In this document: piece after piece, positions 39,455-48,914 of the stretch
Position numbering within the stretch: position 1 is the first letter of the stretch
How the letters are laid out: each line of letters begins with the position of its first letter
NCBI GenBank assembly: GCA_013203315.1
Contig: JABMQJ010000007.1
Span: 1 to 64,000 of the forward strand
Direction of reading: 5' to 3'
Length of the DNA stretch: 64,000 bases
Origin: Candidatus Omnitrophota bacterium
GTDB taxonomy: Bacteria; Omnitrophota; Gorgyraeia; JABMRN01; RBG-13-46-9
The notes under the pieces: generated by a model
The model's database searches: none
What the model saw: the letters and a program-made list of their open reading frames with translations, nothing else
What the model was told of the DNA's origin: nothing
Position numbers and translations under genes: made by a program

Positions 39455-40877
39455 CGCCTATTTTCTCCTTCACCTTGCCTAATGACCAGCCAAAGGTCTT
39501 CATTGCGCCCTCGGCTTTTATTCGTTTTTTAAGGTCTTCGAATATCCTTTTTGATTCTTCGGTCGCAATTTCAATCCTGGAACGCAGGCTAAAGTTTTCT
39601 CTTATTTTCGCTTCCGCTCTTTCTTTCAAACTCTTAAGCTCCTTATCGGACATCGTGGTTAAATTCACCAGAAGCGTGTTATACATCTCGCCTAGCGAGC
39701 TTACATATTTATTTTCGTCATCCGGTATTTTCCGCATTTCTTTCGCCATCTCATAAAGCGGGGTATTGGGATAAGGCGTTGTGTAGAAAAACCGGTGAAG
39801 CGTTAGGCCCGTTCTTTTTATAAACTCTACGGTTTCATTAACACTTTCCTCGGTTTCGCCGATCATTCCTATCATGAAAGAGCCCTCTATGCCGATACCC
39901 GCTTTTCTTGTAAATTCCACCGCTTTTTCCGCCTGTTCTACTCTTACCCCTTTCTTTATGCTATCCAGCATTCTTTGGCTCCCCGACTCAAATCCATAGC
40001 TTAAAGCCTCGCAGCCCGCTTTTTTCATCTTTTTAAGTAAGTTCAGATCCACCAGATTTACTCTTGCTGAAGCGCCCCAGCCGATTTTAAGTTTTTCTTT
40101 TATCAGGGCATCGCAAAACTCCTCTACCCAGGACCTGTCGATCGTAAAGAGGTCGTCGGTAAAGCCTATGAACTCTATATTATAACACCGTTTAAGCTCT
40201 TTTATTTCGGCGACAATGCTTGCCGGTGAGCGTTTATATACACGGGGACCAAAGGGCCTGGAGCAATAGATGCATTGAAACGGGCACCCCCGCACCGTGG
40301 AGATATTCATGCTTCTTCTACCGTATTCAGTGTGGATCGGATTATTAATATAAGTTTCCATTTGAAAAAGATCCCAAGCCGGAAAGGGAATTCTGTCCAG
40401 GTCTTTTATTCTCTCTCTGGGAGCCGTAGAGACAATCCGATTTCCTTTCTTAAAAACTATTCCTTTGACGCTATCTATTTCAGGAAAATCTTTTATTCTT
40501 TGCATTAGCTCTCTTATTGTTTCTTCGCCCTCGTCAATCACGCATATATCAATCTGTGAATGACGCAGCAATAACTCCGGAGATGAGGTTGAAACCATGT
40601 TGCCCGCGATCATCATGACATTCGGTTTTACTTTTTTTGCAATGTTGGAAAACTTTTTTACAAAGTCATAAGTTGTAGTTAACCCACCGATACCTATGGC
40701 ATCACAATCTACTGTTTCAAGCTCCCTCTCAATGGCTTCGTATGGCTTCTTGCTCACGTTGAAATCCATTAAAGACACGTTGTGACCTTCCTGCCTCAGC
40801 ACGCTTGCGACATATCCCAGTCCCAGAGGAATAAGGGAAGGCGTTCTGCACGGCGGATTAACCAAGAGAATATGCAC
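39447..40877 (-). CDS. B12-binding radical SAM protein
   Basis: LLVNPP, PLGLGYVA, DEGE, TVRGCPFQCIYC, DDLFT, GFESGS, PYPNT. Confidence 0.9.
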   Translation of the reverse strand: MHILLVNPPCRTPSLIPLGLGYVASVLRQEGHNVSLMDFNVSKKPYEAIERELETVDCDAIGIGGLTTTYDFVKKFSNIAKKVKPNVMMIAGNMVSTSSPELLLRHSQIDICVIDEGEETIRELMQRIKDFPEIDSVKGIVFKKGNRIVSTAPRERIKDLDRIPFPAWDLFQMETYINNPIHTEYGRRSMNISTVRGCPFQCIYCSRPFGPRVYKRSPASIVAEIKELKRCYNIEFIGFTDDLFTIDRSWVEEFCDALIKEKLKIGWGASARVNLVDLNLLKKMKKAGCEALSYGFESGSQRMLDSIKKGVRVEQAEKAVEFTRKAGIGIEGSFMIGMIGETEESVNETVEFIKRTGLTLHRFFYTTPYPNTPLYEMAKEMRKIPDDENKYVSSLGEMYNTLLVNLTTMSDKELKSLKERAEAKIRENFSLRSRIEIATEESKRIFEDLKKRIKAEGAMKTFGWSLGKVKEKIGVE

Positions 40878-40890
40878 ATTTACCTCTTTT

Positions 40891-41907
40891 TCATTTAATC
40901 AAACTTAATTTAAGGGGACTGCCTTTTGCAATGGACTTCGTTGCTCTTTTGTTTAATATGGATTTTAAATGCTTGGGCGGCAGCCCGAATCCGGGCCTGA
41001 CAGACCTCACATTTTCGTGTGTAAAAATCTCTCCTTTTTTTATGCTTTTAGCTGCGAAGAGAGAGCGCCTGAAAATAAGATTCTTCTTTTCCTCTTCTGA
41101 TAGACCGCTATGCGTATCCCCTATCGCCTCTTCAACGATCCTTATGTCATCTACGAGTTCTTTGAGTTCCTGCGGTTCGATAGAGAAAAAACTGTCCGGA
41201 GTTTTAATTTTTCGCGATAATGTAAAATGTTTCTCGATAACTTCCGCCCCGAGGGCAACGGCTGCTATTGACACGCCTATCCCCATCGTATGATCCGAAA
41301 GCCCCACAGGGCACTTAAATGTCTTTTTCATGCGCGAAATACCTTTTAAGTTCATTTGAGTCGGTTTGGCCGGATAGCTACTTACGCATTTCAGTAAAGT
41401 TATGTTCTTTGCGCCCGCGGATTTGGCTGTTCGGACAGCGTCATTTATCTCTGAATCGGTTGCCAATCCGGTCGATAGGATGAGGGGTTTTTTTGTTCTG
41501 GCCGCATGTTCAACAAGAGGCAAATCCACTAATTCAAAGGAAGCGACCTTGTGAATGGGCACATTGAGTTCCTCTAAAAAATCAACACTTGTTTTATCAA
41601 ACGCTGTCGAAAAAAATAGTATATCTTCTTCCTCGGCAACTTTTTTTAGTTTTTTAAACCAGCTCCATGGCGTATATGCCTTCTTATATAATTGATACAG
41701 CGTTCGCTTGCCCCATTTGGGGTGTTTTACCTGGAAGTACTTGTTGTCTACATTTAGGGTTAGCGTATTGGCTGTGTAGGTTTGAAATTTTATCGCGTCG
41801 GCACCGCATGCTTTTGCTTTTCTTATCATGGAAACAGCTTTTTTAAAATCCTGGCCGTGGTTGGCCGAAACCTCCGCAATAATAAAAACTCTTTTGGATT
41901 TAGGCAT
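40891..41907 (-). CDS. pseI: Pseudaminic acid synthase (NeuB family with SAF domain)
   Basis: IAEVSANHG, KFQTY, AYTPWSW, KVASFE, KCVSSYPA, GLSDHT, IEKHFTL..PDSFFS, FRRSLF, RSVRPG. Confidence 0.9.
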   Translation of the reverse strand: MPKSKRVFIIAEVSANHGQDFKKAVSMIRKAKACGADAIKFQTYTANTLTLNVDNKYFQVKHPKWGKRTLYQLYKKAYTPWSWFKKLKKVAEEEDILFFSTAFDKTSVDFLEELNVPIHKVASFELVDLPLVEHAARTKKPLILSTGLATDSEINDAVRTAKSAGAKNITLLKCVSSYPAKPTQMNLKGISRMKKTFKCPVGLSDHTMGIGVSIAAVALGAEVIEKHFTLSRKIKTPDSFFSIEPQELKELVDDIRIVEEAIGDTHSGLSEEEKKNLIFRRSLFAAKSIKKGEIFTHENVRSVRPGFGLPPKHLKSILNKRATKSIAKGSPLKLSLIK

Positions 41908-41908
41908 T

Positions 41909-43375
41909 TTATTTTCCTCTTGCGTAAAACTTTGTTTTATATCGATTAATTTTAATGTTCTTCTGAAAATTAAACCCGGCCTTTTTGAAAGCTCTTATGG
42001 AAGGTATATTTTTTTCTCTTATATATGCGTTTATGCTGTTTATGTCCGGCCTCTCGGCAAAAAAAGTATTTACGGCTATATTCAAAATATATGAAGAAAG
42101 ATTCAAGCCGCGTGCGCTCTTTACCAGGCTAAAACTGATTGCGGCTTCATTTTTTGGTTTGTCAATATCAAATCTTATTTGACCATAAAATTGGTTTGAA
42201 ACGGAAATTATAAAAAGTACGCAATCTTTATCTTTCATTCTTTTCTTCATCCATCCAAGATGATGGTCCCAGCTTATTATTTTAGGATCAAAGGAACCTT
42301 CCCTGACCCTTCTTTCGTTAAATAAGTTAAGTATATCTCGCGCATCTTGAATGCGGGCTTTCCGTAACGAAAGATTGTTTTCAAACCACTGCGATAAAAT
42401 TGCCTTTACAGCCGTTTGGCTGCCGCTGCCGCCTATAAGAAGTTTGGCTATTTTCGATCTTTGTTTTCTTACTTTTACGCTTTTAAATCTTTCTATCGAT
42501 CTTTTAACTCTTTTTTTAAGATTTCCATCATTGAACCGGCCTGCGTATTCCAGAAAACCGGCCTTTTCCCAACCCTTGGCGTTCTTAAGTTGATTTTTCG
42601 CGACACATACGCCTATTGTCGGAATACCAACACGCGCGAGCTCATAAAGAGTTTGCCCCGCAGCGGAAATCGCTATGTCTGATCTTATCATTATTCTTTT
42701 CATCTTTTCTGAACTCGGATTATGGATAAATTTTGTTTTCGAATCTTTCAAACTATCTATTTTTTCTATGCTCCGAAACCCTCCGCCTATGACCACAAGT
42801 TTCCTGAATTGTGGGTACTCATTTTTTAACAAATTAAGTATAAGCGGGGTCATTTGTCTTTTATCGTCTCCTCCAAAAGTAACCAATACGCGGTTTACAG
42901 CTTTCTTTATTTTTATATTCGGCATATTCCAAAATTCTCTTCGTATGAGGGTGTAGTTTGTTCCGAGAAGATATGAAATCTCTCTATCTTTGGCATAATT
43001 AAGCGTCGTAGCGTACACAGATCCATTAAGAACAACCCCCTTGTCATACTTTAGTCTATTATTGTCATCGACATAAACAGCAAGGTCAACATTGTTAGAA
43101 ATTTCCTTATAGAATCTCTCATCACACATGTAGGAATCTACAATACAAATTGCAGATCCCCGAACGGTCTCAAGAAGCCTCTTTTTCTCTTTTAACCAAT
43201 CAAAAATAAAGTATTTTCTTTTCCCGAGAATATTGCATACGCTTTTATCGCCGTTTATTATAAATACAGGGCTGATGCTGCGTTCCTCAAAGGCCTGAGA
43301 AAGAGAAACACACCTTGCTAAATGACCGAAGCCCACATTCTTACCACCCTCTGTTATTATGAAAACTTTTCTCAT
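41909..43375 (-). CDS. pseG: PseG UDP-sugar hydrolase fused to PseH-like GNAT N-acetyltransferase
   Basis: GFGHLARC, VDSY, TFGGDD, SAAGQTLYEL, AKNQ; C-terminal GNAT (HLGW, GQIRFD, NIPSIRAFKKAGF). Confidence 0.85.
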   Translation of the reverse strand: MRKVFIITEGGKNVGFGHLARCVSLSQAFEERSISPVFIINGDKSVCNILGKRKYFIFDWLKEKKRLLETVRGSAICIVDSYMCDERFYKEISNNVDLAVYVDDNNRLKYDKGVVLNGSVYATTLNYAKDREISYLLGTNYTLIRREFWNMPNIKIKKAVNRVLVTFGGDDKRQMTPLILNLLKNEYPQFRKLVVIGGGFRSIEKIDSLKDSKTKFIHNPSSEKMKRIMIRSDIAISAAGQTLYELARVGIPTIGVCVAKNQLKNAKGWEKAGFLEYAGRFNDGNLKKRVKRSIERFKSVKVRKQRSKIAKLLIGGSGSQTAVKAILSQWFENNLSLRKARIQDARDILNLFNERRVREGSFDPKIISWDHHLGWMKKRMKDKDCVLFIISVSNQFYGQIRFDIDKPKNEAAISFSLVKSARGLNLSSYILNIAVNTFFAERPDINSINAYIREKNIPSIRAFKKAGFNFQKNIKINRYKTKFYARGK

Positions 43376-44112
43376 ATTTTCTTTTGAATCACTTTATTGT
43401 TTAGCGATTTAAGCCACGGATTTTCGCGTAATGTCTTGACCACATCAAAAGCTGTAAATTTAGCCTTCTTTTTAAAAAGAAGGCTAAATATCGCATTGAT
43501 GAATGAGTAATCCTCTTTGGTATCAAGCACAAGCCTTATATCCGGGCCGTAAAGCTCCCGCGGTGCTTTAACTTGAGTAATCTTAAAAGCCTTTGGCCTT
43601 TTGTAAATATAAGGAGTTACATGCTCTTTTTCACTTGGTTTCTTGGCATTTTTATACGCCTTTTCAAGGACGCTAAAGTTAAAAACTTCGGTATCAAATC
43701 CGCGGGGATAGCTTCTCGTGAGTGTGTTTGAAGTATAATCGGACTTTGACTTTATGTGCCTGGTGATTATTGAATCTACTATCTCCGGATCTATGCATGG
43801 GCAATCGCTACAAATTCTCACTATCACATCCAGTTCGTTTTCCTTTGCGCAAAAATAATACCGGGACAAAACATTCTCTTCGCTCCCCCTAAAAAGGGTA
43901 ACCTTTTCTTTTTTTGCGACATTAGCGATTTCATCACTATCCTTTTTATTGACTGTCGCGACTATAATTTCGTCTAATCGCTTTGATTTTTTCAGTCTTC
44001 TTGTGACATGTTCGAGCACTGTAATGCCGCTTCCGGCAGGGACCTCTTTCAAGACCTTACCCGGAAGTCTGGTCGAAGAAAATCTCGCCTGTACTATAGC
44101 GCCTACCTTCAC
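43372..44112 (-). CDS. spsF: SpsF-type acylneuraminate cytidylyltransferase (PseF role)
   Basis: IVQARFSSTRLPGKVL, RGSEENVLSRY, SDCPCIDP, EHVTPYI, RLVLDT.ED; GTG start with AAGGAG RBS. Confidence 0.8.
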   Translation of the reverse strand: MKVGAIVQARFSSTRLPGKVLKEVPAGSGITVLEHVTRRLKKSKRLDEIIVATVNKKDSDEIANVAKKEKVTLFRGSEENVLSRYYFCAKENELDVIVRICSDCPCIDPEIVDSIITRHIKSKSDYTSNTLTRSYPRGFDTEVFNFSVLEKAYKNAKKPSEKEHVTPYIYKRPKAFKITQVKAPRELYGPDIRLVLDTKEDYSFINAIFSLLFKKKAKFTAFDVVKTLRENPWLKSLNNKVIQKKI

Positions 44113-44126
44113 CTTGGCGTTCTCCT

Positions 44127-44194
44127 TTAAAGCCTAACGTTTATAAGGCATTTCTTTGTCAATTACATGAATTAACGACGGCTACTCTTTTCAT
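44127..44194 (-). pseudogene. Deletion scar of hisH/hisF-like (wbuY/wbuZ) genes
   Basis: Minus strand reads MKRVAVVNSCN* (HisH-like N-terminus), then in another frame LTKKCLINVRL* (HisF-like C-terminus). Confidence 0.45.
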
Positions 44195-45368
44195 ACGCTG
44201 CCTTAACAACGTTGTCATCGTTTATTCTTGTGAGGTTACCGGACTTATCCTTTAGGAGGCTTCCTCTTGAATCGCAAACAAAAAGTTTTTTGTTCGTAAA
44301 ACGGTCGCAAATCTTTGTAAATTCCTCTATAGTCATGTCCATCTCTCCCAGTATCTCCTCAAGGGAATACCCCAGATAGGTCCAGGGGAATTTACCGTCA
44401 AGCCTTTTTACCGCATCAAGCCCTTCTTCCCTCGTAAGACGCCCCCGACGTATGTTCAAAGATGCGTAGTCCGTTACTCGTCCAAAACCAAATTTCAAAA
44501 ATTTGAAATAGTCGTGTATGCGCATCTGGCAATTATCGAGATTCTCGTAGTTTACGAGGTTGCCTTCTACATTTTTGGGATATGTCTCAAGGCCGTGCGC
44601 CTGTGCTACCAGCGCGTTGCTATAGCTGTCCCATGGCGTATAATGACCCAAGAAAAGCCCTGTAACGCCCACGCGCTTTAGTTCTTCATCTTTGGGATAG
44701 GTAAACTGGATGAGATGCTTTGCTTCAATTCCATCTTTCCCTATTAAATCGGACACTTTCAAGCCCAATAAGCCGCCGAATTTCTCAAGCCACGGCCGGT
44801 CCAAAACGTTATTTTCGGCTGCCGCTGCCGGGCCGCCATACTCGTTTTGGGAGTTCTCTCCCCATATGATCAATGGGACATTGAACTGCACTGCTATCCT
44901 AACGGGAATCGTAAATATGGTCAAATGTTCCGGCCACGAAATATCGCCTACTTCGGACATGGCGAAGCGGTTGATCTTTCTCCTGACCACACGATTTGTG
45001 GTAACTTCGATATAGTCGACGCCTAGTTTTTTTAAATTCTCGATATTGCGCCGCCCTATGTCAGATAGCTTACAGGTTGTAGCCGTAACACATAAAGGAT
45101 TCATTCCTAATTCCAACATTTTTAGGGTCTGAAAGTGGCTATCCTTACCTCCGCTAACCGGAATAATGCAATCATAGTTACTGTTATTTTTTGAGCGGTA
45201 GCGATCGAGTATTTTTACCAACTCCTCTTTCCGCTTGTTCCAGTCTATGCTTTTTCTCTCTGTGAATGAGCGGCATGCGTTACAAACCCCTTCTTCATCA
45301 ATATAAAGATCCGGTCTCGTTTCAGGCATAACACAGCGTTTGCAATATTTTATGCTTTTCTCCGTCAT
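44172..45368 (-). CDS. N-acetyl sugar amidotransferase (PseA/WbuX/PtmG-like)
   Basis: CKRC..CNAC, PP-loop VSGGKDS, WPEH, WGENSQNEYGG, HDYFKFLKFGFGR; ATG 45368 overlaps the pseB stop. Confidence 0.9.
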   Translation of the reverse strand: MTEKSIKYCKRCVMPETRPDLYIDEEGVCNACRSFTERKSIDWNKRKEELVKILDRYRSKNNSNYDCIIPVSGGKDSHFQTLKMLELGMNPLCVTATTCKLSDIGRRNIENLKKLGVDYIEVTTNRVVRRKINRFAMSEVGDISWPEHLTIFTIPVRIAVQFNVPLIIWGENSQNEYGGPAAAAENNVLDRPWLEKFGGLLGLKVSDLIGKDGIEAKHLIQFTYPKDEELKRVGVTGLFLGHYTPWDSYSNALVAQAHGLETYPKNVEGNLVNYENLDNCQMRIHDYFKFLKFGFGRVTDYASLNIRRGRLTREEGLDAVKRLDGKFPWTYLGYSLEEILGEMDMTIEEFTKICDRFTNKKLFVCDSRGSLLKDKSGNLTRINDDNVVKAAYEKSSRR

Positions 45369-46387
45369 ACAGTACAACTCTCCTTTTCCGTTCGTGTTTC
45401 TTTTTTGTTAATTTGTAAACTTTTTTTAATTAATGCTTCCATCTCTTTTCCTGTTAACCATTCGGGATTATTGTTGCTCGCGTATCGAAAACCGTCCTTT
45501 AGCTTCTTGCCGCCCTTAAAGTTATCATCTGACCACCAGTGAAATTCCGGTTCAATTACAAAGAAATCGCTAAATTCTTTCGCGTGTCTTGCCTCATCTT
45601 CGGTAACCAGAACCTCGTCTATTTTTTCGCCGGGCCTTATGCCTATCTCTTTAATCCTGCAACCCTTAACCATTAATTTCGCCAAATCTACGACCTTCAT
45701 GCTAGGAATTTTAGGCACAAATATCTCTCCTCCCTGCATGAGATCTACGGACTTTACTACAAATTCAACGCCTTTTTCCAGAGTGATCCAGAATCTTGTC
45801 ATGCGCTTGTCAGTAACCGTAACGGTGCCTTTTTTTTCCTGCTCTTTAAACTTATGCACGACGCTCCCACGGCTTCCTATTACGTTCCCATATCGGGCGC
45901 AACTAAATCTTGTACCGCTTTTGCCGGAATAGGAATTGCCCTGGATGAATATTTTCTCCGCGCACAATTTCGTCGCCCCGTACAGATTAATTGGGTTTAC
46001 GGCTTTGTCGGTACTGATCGCCATTACCTTTTTGACGCCGGCATTTATTGCAGTATCTATTATGTTTTGCGCGCCTAAAATATTTGTCTTTACGGCTTCG
46101 AAGGGATTGTACTCACAGGCTGGAACCTGCTTTAGCGCGGCGGCATGAACTACCAGGTCCACACCCTGCATGGCCCTTTCGAGCCTCTCTTTATCGCGAA
46201 CATCGCCTATAAAAAATCTTACGGGCCCTTTATTCCCGTAACGGTGTTCCATTTCGGACTGCTTGAGCTCATCCCGGCTATACACCCTTATAACCTTAGG
46301 CTTATACTTTTTTAACATGATCTCGATAAATTTCTTTCCGAATGAACCGGTTCCGCCCGTAACAAGAATTGTCTCGTTATTTAACAT
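45365..46387 (-). CDS. pseB: UDP-GlcNAc 4,6-dehydratase (inverting)
   Basis: TGGTGSFG, SRDELKQ, AAALKQVPACEYNP, STDKAVNPINLYGATK, RMTRFWIT, GIRPGEK. Confidence 0.95.
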   Translation of the reverse strand: MLNNETILVTGGTGSFGKKFIEIMLKKYKPKVIRVYSRDELKQSEMEHRYGNKGPVRFFIGDVRDKERLERAMQGVDLVVHAAALKQVPACEYNPFEAVKTNILGAQNIIDTAINAGVKKVMAISTDKAVNPINLYGATKLCAEKIFIQGNSYSGKSGTRFSCARYGNVIGSRGSVVHKFKEQEKKGTVTVTDKRMTRFWITLEKGVEFVVKSVDLMQGGEIFVPKIPSMKVVDLAKLMVKGCRIKEIGIRPGEKIDEVLVTEDEARHAKEFSDFFVIEPEFHWWSDDNFKGGKKLKDGFRYASNNNPEWLTGKEMEALIKKSLQINKKETRTEKESCTV

Positions 46388-46396
46388 TGTATCCTC

Positions 46397-46756
46397 CTAG
46401 ACTATGTTCTCTGTCTTTTTGTTTTCTTGTGTTTTCGCCGTGTACTTCTCATACTCTTCTTTTAATCTTCTATACTCTTTTTCCTTTGCTTTCAAAAAAT
46501 AGAATGTGAGCGTCATCTTCTCCTCAATACCTTTTTGAGTAAGAATATACTTTAGTTTTTTGCTTTTTTCGGGATTCTTGGAAAACGCACCCATCATGAT
46601 CATGCCCTTTTTGACAAGCTCTTTTAAAAGATAATTGGTTTTTCCCAGGGAAATGTTGAGCTTCTGGGAAAGGAGGCGCTGGTTTAAGGATGGATCATCC
46701 TCCAGTTCCCTTATAAGGCGGAGTGTCTCTTCTTTAGAAAAGCTATGTTCATTCAT
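46397..46756 (-). CDS. EPS-associated MarR-family regulator
   Basis: NQRLLSQKLNISLGKTNYLLKELVKKG..YILTQKGIEEK..LTFYFLKAKEKEY..LKEE. Confidence 0.9.
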   Translation of the reverse strand: MNEHSFSKEETLRLIRELEDDPSLNQRLLSQKLNISLGKTNYLLKELVKKGMIMMGAFSKNPEKSKKLKYILTQKGIEEKMTLTFYFLKAKEKEYRRLKEEYEKYTAKTQENKKTENIV

Positions 46757-46762
46757 TGAACA
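46746..46762. promoter_or_regulatory. Inverted repeat TGTTCA-N5-TGAACA over the MarR start codon, candidate autoregulatory operator
   Basis: Perfect 6-bp arms with 5-nt spacer spanning ATG 46756. Confidence 0.65.
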
Positions 46763-46764
46763 TC

Positions 46765-46793
46765 ATTGTATACTCTGACGTGTTCTAAGTCAA
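46765..46793 (-). promoter_or_regulatory. Sigma70-type promoter for the marR-pse operon
   Basis: TTGACT-N17-TACAAT; the -10 ends 8 nt before the ATG. Confidence 0.7.
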
Positions 46794-46888
46794 CAGAAAA
46801 GTAGTATCAGCGGGGTGAGGGGCAGTAATCAGATAGCGTCTCTTTTCCGTAATCGCTTAACTTGCCGTTCATACATTTTTATCTTCGG

Positions 46889-47983
46889 CTAAACTTTTTT
46901 AATCGTGGCTACGATATAATCTTTTTCTTCTTTTGTCAATTCGGGGTAAACGGGAATTGCGAAACTTTCTTTGGATAGTTTCTCCGATTCCGGAAAATCA
47001 CCCGGTTTGTGTCCCAAGGATTTGAAGCATTCCTGCAAGTGTAACGGCAGAGGATAATACGTTCGCGATTCTATTCCGCTATCAAGGAGATGCTTAACGA
47101 TTTTTCCCGCATCTTTGCTTCTTAGAACGTACTGATGATAGGAATGTCGATAGCCCTCGGGAACGTGGGGCGTTGTAATAGAACATCCTGCAAGATTCTT
47201 GTTAAAGAATGCGGCATTCTCGATCCTTTGATCTATCCATTTATCCAAATAAGTAAGTTTTATGTTCAGAACGGCTGCCTGAAGATTGTCGAGACGGCTA
47301 TTGTATCCTACAATTTTGTGATAATAACTTTTTTCCGAGCCGTGGTTTCTAAGTAGCTTGACTTTCTTGTACAGAGCCTCCTCGTTGGTTACCACCATAC
47401 CGCCGTCACCGAAGCAACCCAGGTTTTTGCCCGGATAGAAGCTTATAGCTCCTGCTACTCCTAAACTACCGGCCTTTTTCCCTTTATACGTAGAGCCTAT
47501 TGCCTGCGCGCAGTCTTCGAGCACCGGGAGCTTGTGTTTCTTCGCAATGCTTGAAATAGGGTCCATGTCCGCGCATAAACCATACAAGTGGACCGGCACT
47601 ATGGCCTTGGTCTTCTCGGTTATCTTTGCTTCTACGAGGCCCGGATCTATATTGTAAGTTTTAGGGTCTATATCGACAAAAACCGGTTTCCCTCCCACCA
47701 GGGAAATAGCTTCCACTGTAGCTACAAACGTAAAAGGCGTAGTAATTACTTCGTCACCCTTGCAAATGCCCATAGCATTTAAAGCCAATATCAGTGCGTC
47801 TGTGCCGGAATTTACACCTATCGCATATTGTGTGTTACAATATTCGGAAATATTTTTTTCGATCAGGGAAACCTCTTCCCCTAACACAAATGACTGATTG
47901 TCGCATATCTTTGATATACGTGCTTCTATTTCTTTTTTTAGCCCCTTGTACTGTTTCTTTAAGTCAAGTATAGGTATTTTCAT
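46889..47983 (-). CDS. DegT-family aminotransferase (WbpE/WlbC-like)
   Basis: [43 protein letters not shown]. Confidence 0.9.
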   Translation of the reverse strand: MKIPILDLKKQYKGLKKEIEARISKICDNQSFVLGEEVSLIEKNISEYCNTQYAIGVNSGTDALILALNAMGICKGDEVITTPFTFVATVEAISLVGGKPVFVDIDPKTYNIDPGLVEAKITEKTKAIVPVHLYGLCADMDPISSIAKKHKLPVLEDCAQAIGSTYKGKKAGSLGVAGAISFYPGKNLGCFGDGGMVVTNEEALYKKVKLLRNHGSEKSYYHKIVGYNSRLDNLQAAVLNIKLTYLDKWIDQRIENAAFFNKNLAGCSITTPHVPEGYRHSYHQYVLRSKDAGKIVKHLLDSGIESRTYYPLPLHLQECFKSLGHKPGDFPESEKLSKESFAIPVYPELTKEEKDYIVATIKKV

Positions 47984-48912
47984 AGTTCTCCAATATGTTC
48001 AATGGTTTTTGTTAATCCTTTTTTCAAGTCTATCTTTGGCTTCCATTTAAGTTTAGATTTAGCGAGCGTTATATTCGGCCTTCTTACTTTAGGGTCGTCT
48101 ATAGGCAGTGGTTTATGAATAATTTTGCTTTTACTTTTTGTGAGTTTGATTATAAGGCGTGCCAACTGCATGATAGAGAATTCGCGGGGATTTCCTATGT
48201 TAACTGGATAATTTATATTTGATTTCAGCAATTTGTAAATTCCTTCTATCAAATCGCTTACATAACAAAAGCTCCTGGTTTGAGTGCCGTTTCCGTATAC
48301 GGTTATGGGACTACCCTTAAGGGCTTGATCCAGGAAATTCGGTATTGCCCTGCCGTCACGCTTTCGCATCCTTTCACCGTAAGTGTTAAAAATACGGATT
48401 ATTCTCGTATCTACATTGTGAGCGTTATGATATGCCATTGTTATCGCTTCGGCGAATCTTTTCGCTTCGTCATAGACACCGCGCGGGCCAACAGGATTAA
48501 CGTTGCCCCAATACGACTCTTTCTGCGGGTGAACAAGAGGGTCTCCATAGATTTCACTCGTAGAGGCAAGCATGAATTTGGCCTTTTTTGCTTTGGCTAC
48601 TCCCAGGGCATTATGTGTACCGAGAGAACCCACTTTTAAAGTTTTTATGGGATACTTCAGATAGTCAATGGGGCTCGCCGGAGAAGCGAAATGTAAAACA
48701 TAATTTATGCCGCCTTTTATCTCGATGCGCTTCGATACATCGTGCTTTACGAATCTAAAATTCTTGTGTTTCAGGAGGTGTTCAATGTTGCCCTTGGAAC
48801 CGGTTATCAAATTATCCATGCAGATAACAGAGTAGCCTTCTTTTATAAAAAAATCACATAAATGCGAACCGATGAAACCCGCTCCGCCGGTTATTAATAT
48901 TCTTTTTTTCAT
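47980..48912 (-). CDS. UDP-glucuronate decarboxylase (UDP-xylose synthase, Uxs-like)
   Basis: [54 protein letters not shown]. Confidence 0.9.
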   Translation of the reverse strand: MKKRILITGGAGFIGSHLCDFFIKEGYSVICMDNLITGSKGNIEHLLKHKNFRFVKHDVSKRIEIKGGINYVLHFASPASPIDYLKYPIKTLKVGSLGTHNALGVAKAKKAKFMLASTSEIYGDPLVHPQKESYWGNVNPVGPRGVYDEAKRFAEAITMAYHNAHNVDTRIIRIFNTYGERMRKRDGRAIPNFLDQALKGSPITVYGNGTQTRSFCYVSDLIEGIYKLLKSNINYPVNIGNPREFSIMQLARLIIKLTKSKSKIIHKPLPIDDPKVRRPNITLAKSKLKWKPKIDLKKGLTKTIEHIGEL

Positions 48913-48914
48913 TT

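Noticed and set aside
44140-44162. TTGACA upstream of spsF as a promoter
   Set aside because: No -10 at 16-18 nt spacing; better explained as part of the deletion scar
46800-46888. Possible terminator or small ORF between the aminotransferase and marR
   Set aside because: No convincing hairpin plus U-tract; ORFs are under 25 codons with no support
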